DNA of 51,200 nt from a virus. Lineage: Duplodnaviria > Heunggongvirae > Uroviricota > Caudoviricetes. The notes under the pieces were generated by a model, which did not search any database, was not told where the DNA came from, and was given only the letters and a program-made list of their open reading frames with translations. This document shows, piece by piece, positions 18,750-26,917 of the stretch. Every line of letters begins with the position of its first letter. Within the stretch, counting starts at the first letter, position 1. The stretch lies in IMG/VR virus record IMGVR_UViG_3300042363_000209; one strand, written 5' to 3'. Both the position numbers and the translations under genes were made by a program.

Positions 18750-19466
18750 ATGTCACAAACAGTAATTATAACAATCGCAGCAGCAGGAACTGATACAGGT
18801 CCATTTAATCTTTTTTCAGATGCAGATGCATACGTTACTGCATTTGCTACAGGAATAGCAAAATCAGCTTTGTTAGCTGGATACACTTCAACCGTGGTGC
18901 CAGATGCTGCTACTATAGTTAGAGTAAAATCTAATAGTGTTGGTTGTACAAATTATGTAGATATGGAAATAACTAGCATAACAACTTATTGTGAATCAAT
19001 TGGTGCAGGAGCTGGTTGTTTTAATTGGGACTTTACAGCAGGTTCAGAAGGTGCAATAGTACAGTGGACAGATTGTGATGGTAATAATCAAAGTAGAGTA
19101 TTAACTGATGGTGAATCAGGAAATGCATGTTTATGTGATAATGCAACACCTAATGTTTTAGAAGGCAGTTTAGCTATTATAAGTCAAGTTGGTCAATGTT
19201 CTCCTCCTCCTGAGGAGTATCAAATTGATAATTCAGCTACTGGAACTTCAGGTGATGCTTGTACAAGTTCAACAACAACAAGTATTGTTTGGGCTGAATC
19301 TGGAAATACAGTACCTATGGTAGGGTTAATTTTATACACCACTACTAATCCTTTAGCAAATCCATTTGTTGGTTCAGTAGGTTGGCGTAAATTAACAGGA
19401 CCATTAGACACATATGCTGTAGAAATTAATACAAGTGGAGAGATTACAAATTATGTAACTTGTTAA
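18750..19466 (+). CDS. Decoration protein built from three shared modules
   Basis: 238 aa; TGPFNLF N-module, WTDCDG module, C-terminal AC...LY...C module; own A-rich start context. Confidence 0.6.
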   Translation: MSQTVIITIAAAGTDTGPFNLFSDADAYVTAFATGIAKSALLAGYTSTVVPDAATIVRVKSNSVGCTNYVDMEITSITTYCESIGAGAGCFNWDFTAGSEGAIVQWTDCDGNNQSRVLTDGESGNACLCDNATPNVLEGSLAIISQVGQCSPPPEEYQIDNSATGTSGDACTSSTTTSIVWAESGNTVPMVGLILYTTTNPLANPFVGSVGWRKLTGPLDTYAVEINTSGEITNYVTC

Positions 19467-19480
19467 AATACTTACAATAA

Positions 19481-20347
19481 ATGGCTAAGATAGTAATAAT
19501 AAAATTAACAGGAGCTGGTAACAGAACAGGACCGTTCAATATCTATGATAACTTAGGTACTGTTTTGGGTATAGCTGTGTCCAAAGATAACCTTATTGAT
19601 GGTTACACAGTTAGTGTTGCTGATGCTGTTACTTCAATTATTATAGAATCTACAGGAAGGTGTAAGACTATTATTGATGTAGACATTACAACAATGACTG
19701 TTGAACAAATAGCTGCTGTTGTATACACTCCAATTAATACAGCTTCTTTATGGAGACATCTTGCTAACACAACTATTTATAATAAGTATTATGATATTAT
19801 AGAACCTTACATTATTGAATACCCATTCTCATATCAATCATATGATGAGATTCTTCAGAATGTAAAAGACTATACAAAGGCTTATAAATATCTTCCTATA
19901 GCAGATGGTGTGTTTAATGATAATGCTCAGATAGAAACTGACAACCATTGGTTCAATAAGGCAGTGTTATATAACGGTCAACAGTCTACAGGTGTATTAG
20001 AATTGGTACCAAAACCAATTAATAACCTAAAAGCTTATTTACAATATCCTATATACAATGCTGAGAGTAAAACTATCATGTATACTAAATCTGATAATTT
20101 TTATCAGTATAATACATTTTGGAGTTTAGTTAAAAATAAAGCCGTACCTTTGTTTACGGTGAGCTGTGAGTCATTATCAATAGACAAGATTGTAAATCAA
20201 GCTAATATGGATTACGGAAAAAGATCATATAAGAAAGAACCTTTAAGAGCTAAAGAACTTAAGGTGAGGCATATTCTTGATAATACATCAGAAGCCAATT
20301 TAGTATCTCAATTCATTATTACACCATCGCAAATTTCTTACAAGTAA
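19481..20347 (+). CDS. Probable C-terminal part of tail stabilisation/muzzle protein fused to a TGPFNIY module
   Basis: From residue 89 SLWRH...YNKYY..IEPYIIEYP...FNKAVLYNGQQSTGVLEL...LRAKELKVRHILDN resembles the C-terminal region of crAss-like Tstab. Confidence 0.55.
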   Translation: MAKIVIIKLTGAGNRTGPFNIYDNLGTVLGIAVSKDNLIDGYTVSVADAVTSIIIESTGRCKTIIDVDITTMTVEQIAAVVYTPINTASLWRHLANTTIYNKYYDIIEPYIIEYPFSYQSYDEILQNVKDYTKAYKYLPIADGVFNDNAQIETDNHWFNKAVLYNGQQSTGVLELVPKPINNLKAYLQYPIYNAESKTIMYTKSDNFYQYNTFWSLVKNKAVPLFTVSCESLSIDKIVNQANMDYGKRSYKKEPLRAKELKVRHILDNTSEANLVSQFIITPSQISYK

Positions 20348-22920
20348 TGGCTAAGTGGTTAAATAAATACGAGCAAGGAGGAATGGTCTTAAAGAAAAAG
20401 ACTAAAGATAACTATGACCTAAAGTTTAATCCTAATGATGTAGAAGTATCTGTAGGTCCTGGTTACGTAGGAGATGGTTATGATACAACAGGTAGAAACT
20501 ATTCTCCTGCATGGGGAGGTCAGTTTGCTATGGGTGGTAGCTTACCAGGTGCTGTAGGGTTCACGTACGCACGTGTAGCTGGCTCAGCTCCTGCTAATGG
20601 TAAGTATACTAAGAAGACTAAAGCAAGTGCTCAGAATGGTAAAGATATTCAAAAAGAAAGATATAATGAATTATATGCTCCAATAGAAAATAAAGTATTT
20701 GATGCTATAGGAACACAAGATAGTTATGATAAACTTCCATATTCAACTAAAGATTTTCTTAATAAAACTATAGCAGGATTTTCTGTTGCTTCTAATAGAA
20801 ACATACCTCCTATGGACCCAATTATTAAAGAGGTTCAGAATAAAGTACAGGAATTACCTAAAGAAGAACTTACTAAATTATTAAATACTAATTGGTCTAA
20901 GATAGGTCTTGCAGGTGCTATGAAAAATACACCATCAAGTGTTAGTTATTTAGATATGTTAAAGTATATAAACCACTTTAACAAATTAAAGAAAAAAGGA
21001 CATACATTACAGAATGGTGGTGAGATGGAGTTTTATCAGAATGGACTTGATTGGAAACCTAACAATATAAGTAAAGATGGTTCTGTTATTAAAGATGACA
21101 GAGGACAATGGGCTCACCCAGGTGAGATTACAGAGATAGGTTCTAATGAAATAACAATGCAGGGAGTTGACTATCCTGTTCTTGGTGTATCTGATACAGG
21201 TGATACAAAGATGATGCAACCTGGAGAAGATTACAAGTTTGATGGTGATAAGGTTACAGAATATCCAATGATGCAAGGTGGTGGTTGGTTAGATAAATAT
21301 CCTGAACCAATGCGTCAAGATGCTACAAGAGTTGCTGCTCCTATAAGACCTCTTACAAAGAAAGAACAAGAAGAGAATGCTAGAATAAATAAAGAAACTC
21401 AAAAAAGAACCAAAGAACGTGATGAAAAAATTATAGCTGAAAGAGCAGCTAAAAGAAAAACAAAAGGAGATGTAAATGTTCCTGGTAGTTTTAATATAGC
21501 AGAAAAAGCTAGATTGTTTCCTGAGAGTGTTGGTGGAGTGGGAGAAATGTTTGATGATTACTTAAATCCAGCTACATATGTAGGTGTCTTAGCAGATGCT
21601 TTAGGAGAATCAATTGCAGCAAGAGACCCAAAAGCTATTGCAACATCTTTGGCATTAGCTGCTGGTACAGGAGCATTAGGAATAGATCCTTTAGGAAGTG
21701 CTTTGAAAGTTCCAGGAAAAGTTGCTCAATCAATGGAGTCTGGATTACTTTCTAATGCATATAAACTAAATCCTTATGCATTTAAACCTACAGAAGGAAT
21801 GATGTATAGAGGGCTTGGAAAAGAAGGAATGGAAGATGCAGTACAGAGTGGTCTGTTTAGAGCTAAACAAAATGTAACTCCCACTAGTATAGGTAACTTT
21901 AATACTACTAGACAATTTAGTAAAGCTTACTATAGTCCTAGATTTGATATAGCAGATCAGTATGGACAAGGATTTATTGCTGAGGTACCAAGAGCAGCTT
22001 CTGACTGGGGAAAAAGATATGGTAAAAAAGAATGGAGTCAAATAGCTCAAAGAGATATACCTACAACTGAAGGTAAGATATTAAAGAAAGATTGGTTAAA
22101 AGGATATAAAGAAGTTTCTAAAAATAAATCAACAAAAGTATCTGAAATAGACTGGGCTAAATGGAATCCTGAAATTCCTAAGAATAAAAAGTTAATGGAG
22201 GAGTATATTAATATAGAAAACTCTACTAAAGCCAATGATGTATGGATGAAAAATCCTGATGGTAGTGAATTTAAAGGAACTCCTGAACAGTTTGTACAAC
22301 AGCAAAGTCAAAACTTTAAAAAGGCATTTGGTAACTCTAAGTTAGTAAATCCAGATGGTTCTCCAATTATGTTATACCATGGAGCTCCAGAAAGGTTTAA
22401 TGTTTTTGACCCTGCATTATTTCAAAGAGGAGATGCTGGATATTCAGGAGTTGGAATATATACAACACCATCAAAAACAGTTGCTGATAGTTATGCTTAT
22501 TCTTCACGTTCATTTATAGGAGGAAAAGAACATACTCCTACTGTTTATGAATTATATGGTCAAGCTAATAATCCAATTAGTTCTGAACAATTAGTTAATG
22601 AAGGAGGTAAAAGAGATTTGTTTAATTTTAATAGAACAGCAAATTGGAAAGGAGAAATACCTATTGAAGAAAGATTGACTGGATATGATGCTGCTATTGC
22701 TAATAAACACCCTAATGTAACAAACGTTAGACCTTGGAATGACGCATATGAAATAGTGTTTCCAACAAATAAACAACTTAAATCAGCTGTAGGTAACAAT
22801 GGAATGTTTGATATGAACAATCCAAATATATATAAAGCTCTTCTTCCTGCAGTAGGAGTTGCTGGAATAGAAAGAGCTTCACAAAAGAAAAATGGTGGCT
22901 GGCTAAGTAAATATAAATAA
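20347..22920 (+). CDS. Virion cargo protein with ADP-ribosyltransferase-like domain(s)
   Basis: WMKNPDG...FKKAFGNSKLVNPDGSPIMLYHG...GVGIYTT...ADSYA...YEIVF...QLKSAVGNNGMFD is the ART-PolyVal-type pattern; repeated xxxGG motifs. Confidence 0.65.
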   Translation: MAKWLNKYEQGGMVLKKKTKDNYDLKFNPNDVEVSVGPGYVGDGYDTTGRNYSPAWGGQFAMGGSLPGAVGFTYARVAGSAPANGKYTKKTKASAQNGKDIQKERYNELYAPIENKVFDAIGTQDSYDKLPYSTKDFLNKTIAGFSVASNRNIPPMDPIIKEVQNKVQELPKEELTKLLNTNWSKIGLAGAMKNTPSSVSYLDMLKYINHFNKLKKKGHTLQNGGEMEFYQNGLDWKPNNISKDGSVIKDDRGQWAHPGEITEIGSNEITMQGVDYPVLGVSDTGDTKMMQPGEDYKFDGDKVTEYPMMQGGGWLDKYPEPMRQDATRVAAPIRPLTKKEQEENARINKETQKRTKERDEKIIAERAAKRKTKGDVNVPGSFNIAEKARLFPESVGGVGEMFDDYLNPATYVGVLADALGESIAARDPKAIATSLALAAGTGALGIDPLGSALKVPGKVAQSMESGLLSNAYKLNPYAFKPTEGMMYRGLGKEGMEDAVQSGLFRAKQNVTPTSIGNFNTTRQFSKAYYSPRFDIADQYGQGFIAEVPRAASDWGKRYGKKEWSQIAQRDIPTTEGKILKKDWLKGYKEVSKNKSTKVSEIDWAKWNPEIPKNKKLMEEYINIENSTKANDVWMKNPDGSEFKGTPEQFVQQQSQNFKKAFGNSKLVNPDGSPIMLYHGAPERFNVFDPALFQRGDAGYSGVGIYTTPSKTVADSYAYSSRSFIGGKEHTPTVYELYGQANNPISSEQLVNEGGKRDLFNFNRTANWKGEIPIEERLTGYDAAIANKHPNVTNVRPWNDAYEIVFPTNKQLKSAVGNNGMFDMNNPNIYKALLPAVGVAGIERASQKKNGGWLSKYK

Positions 22921-22940
22921 ATCATACAATAGATTATAAT

Positions 22941-25900
22941 ATGAAAGATCAAATCTTAAAGATCGCTAAAGTAAAGTCTGAAAAGGAATTCTACAAGAAG
23001 TTTCCTACAGAAGAAGCATTTATGGCTAAGCATGGTAAACAGCTTAAGAAAGCTGCTATGGGTGCCAAGATGGTTGACACTCAATTGACCCAGCTTACAG
23101 ACTTTGCTAATCCTCCTCAAGCTCAAGCAGGCTTTAATTTTGATGATGCACTAGTTGGAGCACAAGCTACCAATTTAGGTATGAGTAAGAATCAATATAT
23201 GACTCAGCAAAAGATGATGGCTGATGAAGCAAATGCTCAAACTATTGCTGCTGGTAAATCTGATGGTACACAAGAAGCATTAGGTGGACTTAAGAATATT
23301 GCAGCTTTGTTTGGTGAAGGTGGAGGAGATATGACTAGTGTTGAAGAAGCTCAATTTGGTAAGTTTCTTAAAGGTATAGGTAGCAAGGTTGGAGGTTTTG
23401 CAAAGACTGCTGGTAAGAATCTTATGGATAAGAAGCAGGATAACTGGATGTCTGGTCCAAGAGGTTTATTTGGTAATACAAAAAAAGCATCATCTCCTAT
23501 AGACTCACCTTTTACAACAGGTATTTTTGGACAAGGAAAAAAGAGCACAGCTACTTTTAATACAAAGACTGGTATGGTTGATAATGCTTCTGGCAGTGTT
23601 AGTAAGGCTGATACAGATGCTTTAGGATTAAGTGAGGGTGTTCCTAGTGGTGAAGGATTTGATTGGGCTGGTGCTGCTGGTAGTGCATTACAAGCTGCTC
23701 CAGATATTATAAATGGCATTGGTCAAATTAAACAACAAAAGGCAGCAATTAAACAAGCTGATCAATCAGCTCAAATCTCAGGACTTACAGCACAAGCAGC
23801 TGAGTCAAGTCCAGTGGGTATACAGAAAAATAAGTTTTTGAGACCAGAAGATCAAAAGTTTGGTCCTAATCAAATGTCTCCTAGTTATGGTACAGGCAGT
23901 AATGTATTAAATGCACAATATGGTGCAGAGATTCAAAACACATATGCTCCTAGCAATTTATATATGGATCTTGGATATGAACCATTAGATGATAGCAATC
24001 CTAAACAATATGCTTATGGTGGCGGCATTCCTACTGCAGAGTTTGGAGATTACTTCCAAGACTCAGGTCAAGCATCTATTGGTAAAGGTGTAGGATCTGC
24101 AATTGGTTCTGCATTCTTTGGTCCTCTTGGTGGACAAGTGGGTGGGTTCTTAGGAAAGGTTGCTGGTAACTTACTTGGTGGTGCAGATGATGCTAATAAG
24201 CTTGCTGGTTTTCAAGATCAAACTGAAAAGAATGTAGAAAGATCTGCTTGGGCTCAAGGTGCTAAATCTATTCAGTCTCAGTATTCTAGTAACATGGAAA
24301 ATGGTGGATGGGTAAGTAATGATTGGCAACCACAAGTGATTGCTTCATTTGGTGACTATAGAATGAAAAATCTATTAGCACCTCCTAATGATGCTGATAT
24401 GTTACGTGCTGGTGGCCACTTAAGAGAATACACTCCTCCTAGTGCTGCAGCTATGTATACAGATAGAGCTCAGTATGGTAAATGGATGAAGAGAACAAAT
24501 GAACCAGGTGTAGAAGTTGCACCTACTGGTGGTGCTATGGCAAATCCACGATTGAGCAATATTAAAGCTTATACACAAATGAATACTACTGATACAAATA
24601 GAAATGGTAGAAGTAATTATAATCAAGACTTTACAAGTGCTCAATACACTAAAGACTATTATGATAACCAACCATCTCAGGAAGTTTATTCATATGGTAG
24701 AGATAATGGTAATAAGTTTTCAGAGTTTACAAGAATGGCTACAGAAGGGCAACCTGCTGTAAATGAACTTCGTAGAACAGAAGAGCGTAGACCATTCCTT
24801 AACTTGATTGGTAAAAAACAAATCATGGATAGATATGATATGTTAAATGAGAAGAAGGCTCAAGGATACATGCAACAAATGAATGATACTATGCCTGGTG
24901 GATTACCAGGATATACAGCACCTAATATGGAGTATGGTGGACAAATGGCTTACGGTGGTGATTTGAAAACATTATGGGGCGGTAAGCTTAATACAGTTTC
25001 TCACAATGAATACTTAGGAGATAGTGTAGAAGCTGAAGGTAACTCTCATGAGAAATCTAATGGTAAAGGACAAACAGGAATTGGTGTTCAATATGGTGAT
25101 AATGTTGTAGAGGTAGAGAATGAACCAATTCAGAAGTTTAATAATGGTGGTGAGTCTGATGATGTAGTTGTTTATGGAGACATCCATATTCCTGACTATG
25201 TAGCTAAGTCTGCTGGAGATGAGAAGTTGAAAGGAGTTAAGTTTAAGAAAGCTGTATTTGGTTTAAATAAGGAAGAAATAAAATTAAACAAAATACAACA
25301 GAAGGCTTCAGATTTAGCGTTGATTTCTGATGATGGATCTATTGGTGGTCAATTGGGAATGAACTCTGCATTAGCTAATAATTTTGGAGCTGATCTAGGT
25401 AAGAAGATTATTGCTGATAAGAAAAAGAAATTAGCTGCTGGACAGAACGCTATTCTTGACACAGCAAACGAATATGGATATGAAGACCCTAAAAAGTTTT
25501 CTGAAGACGTATTAAAAGGAAACTTAAAACTTAAAAAAGATAACGTGAACTCAAACCAAGCAAAATATGGTGCTGCCATAGAAAAGGCACAAGCTGGATT
25601 CCATATGGATTTTGAAGGAGAAGATCCATTTGCTCCTACACAAGATCCTACAAATGCACCAGCTGCTCCAGGTCTTCCTACAGTAGATGAGGACAAGTAC
25701 GCAATGATTAAAGAGTTATATGCAAAAGCTGAAAAGACTAAGAAAGGAACAGATGTTAAAAAGTTTCAACAAGAATATCATAAGTTATTCCCTGAATATG
25801 CAAAAGCTGTTATAGGCAAAGAACCTCTTACTGCTTATGCAAAAAAGAATAAATATAAACTTGATGACTTACGTGGGAATGAAGATTCTATCTTTGGTAA

Positions 25901-26831
25901 GAGAACTAAACAATACATGGCTGCATTAGATAATGCTGCTAAGACTACTAAAACTAAAATCCCTCTTCCTCCAAGAACAGTAATTCCTCCTAGTGAAACT
26001 CCTATTGACCCTGTAGTGCCACCAGGCACATCCCCAACTCCTCCTAAACAAAAGTTTCCTTGGGAAGTTGTGGTTAATGAGGGGTTAAACTATTTAAGAC
26101 CGTTTACTAAGAACCCTTTTGATTATAGACAAACATTAGGAGAACAATACGCTCTGGCTAATAACCAACTTGAACCTGTACAAGCTCAATTGTACAACCC
26201 AATGTTAGACACTCCGTATGATGTTTCTTTCCAGGATCAGTTAAATGCTAATCAGTCTGATTTCAACGCAATGTTAAGACAGGCTAATGGAAATCCTGAA
26301 GCAATGGCTGCCTTGGCTGCACAAAAATACGGTGCTAACTCTAGTGTATTAGCTAATCAATTTAGAGTGAATCAAGCTAATAAAGCTGCTATATATAGCA
26401 AGAACAGAGATATTATGAATGATGCTCAGCTTAAGAACTTAGCAATTCTTGATAATCAATATGAAAGACAATCTAAAGCTAAGAGCAATACTAAAGCTCA
26501 AGCAATTACGGCTCTTAATTCTATTAGTGCTAAGATGCTTCAGAATGAACTTGCTACCAAACAATTGAATACTTATGAGAACTTATATAACTACAGATTT
26601 GGTAAAGATATGAGAGCTAGAAATTTGAATGGTCTTGCTAACATAAATATGCCAGTTGTATACAATTCAGAAACAGAAGGTACCCAAAGTGTTCCAGATA
26701 CAGGTATTAAGTTACCAACTTGGGATGACTATACTAAATTTGTAGAACAAGCTAAAGCTGCCAAGAAACCTAAGACAACCAAGACAACTGCTAGAAATGG
26801 TGCTATAGTAAAAGCACTCAAAAATCTATAA
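22941..26831 (+). CDS. Large virion cargo/ejection protein
   Basis: 1296 aa, Gly/Ala/Gln-rich with low predicted structure, glycine-zipper segment, VEVENE domain, Gln/Asn-rich helical C-terminus; lies just before the RNAP cluster. Confidence 0.55.
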   Translation: MKDQILKIAKVKSEKEFYKKFPTEEAFMAKHGKQLKKAAMGAKMVDTQLTQLTDFANPPQAQAGFNFDDALVGAQATNLGMSKNQYMTQQKMMADEANAQTIAAGKSDGTQEALGGLKNIAALFGEGGGDMTSVEEAQFGKFLKGIGSKVGGFAKTAGKNLMDKKQDNWMSGPRGLFGNTKKASSPIDSPFTTGIFGQGKKSTATFNTKTGMVDNASGSVSKADTDALGLSEGVPSGEGFDWAGAAGSALQAAPDIINGIGQIKQQKAAIKQADQSAQISGLTAQAAESSPVGIQKNKFLRPEDQKFGPNQMSPSYGTGSNVLNAQYGAEIQNTYAPSNLYMDLGYEPLDDSNPKQYAYGGGIPTAEFGDYFQDSGQASIGKGVGSAIGSAFFGPLGGQVGGFLGKVAGNLLGGADDANKLAGFQDQTEKNVERSAWAQGAKSIQSQYSSNMENGGWVSNDWQPQVIASFGDYRMKNLLAPPNDADMLRAGGHLREYTPPSAAAMYTDRAQYGKWMKRTNEPGVEVAPTGGAMANPRLSNIKAYTQMNTTDTNRNGRSNYNQDFTSAQYTKDYYDNQPSQEVYSYGRDNGNKFSEFTRMATEGQPAVNELRRTEERRPFLNLIGKKQIMDRYDMLNEKKAQGYMQQMNDTMPGGLPGYTAPNMEYGGQMAYGGDLKTLWGGKLNTVSHNEYLGDSVEAEGNSHEKSNGKGQTGIGVQYGDNVVEVENEPIQKFNNGGESDDVVVYGDIHIPDYVAKSAGDEKLKGVKFKKAVFGLNKEEIKLNKIQQKASDLALISDDGSIGGQLGMNSALANNFGADLGKKIIADKKKKLAAGQNAILDTANEYGYEDPKKFSEDVLKGNLKLKKDNVNSNQAKYGAAIEKAQAGFHMDFEGEDPFAPTQDPTNAPAAPGLPTVDEDKYAMIKELYAKAEKTKKGTDVKKFQQEYHKLFPEYAKAVIGKEPLTAYAKKNKYKLDDLRGNEDSIFGKRTKQYMAALDNAAKTTKTKIPLPPRTVIPPSETPIDPVVPPGTSPTPPKQKFPWEVVVNEGLNYLRPFTKNPFDYRQTLGEQYALANNQLEPVQAQLYNPMLDTPYDVSFQDQLNANQSDFNAMLRQANGNPEAMAALAAQKYGANSSVLANQFRVNQANKAAIYSKNRDIMNDAQLKNLAILDNQYERQSKAKSNTKAQAITALNSISAKMLQNELATKQLNTYENLYNYRFGKDMRARNLNGLANINMPVVYNSETEGTQSVPDTGIKLPTWDDYTKFVEQAKAAKKPKTTKTTARNGAIVKALKNL

Positions 26832-26841
26832 CTAATTCAGT

Positions 26842-26903
26842 TATACCAAGTTAACCAAAACTGTTATTTCTCTTGGTATATATAATATTTTAAATTACAT
26901 TTG
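26842..26903 (+). promoter_or_regulatory. Inverted repeat overlapping Bacteroidota-type promoter
   Basis: TATACCAAG 26842-26850 / CTTGGTATA 26872-26880; TTG 26873-26875, 20-nt spacer, TACATTTG 26896-26903 (perfect TAnnTTTG). Confidence 0.65.
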
Positions 26904-26917
26904 CTAATTCATACATT

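Noticed and set aside
18732-19481. Readthrough or simple frameshift fusing the muzzle parts
   Set aside because: 14082 and 18750 share a frame but two TAA codons intervene; 19481 is in another frame with no slippery site noticed; no intron or homing endonuclease features seen.
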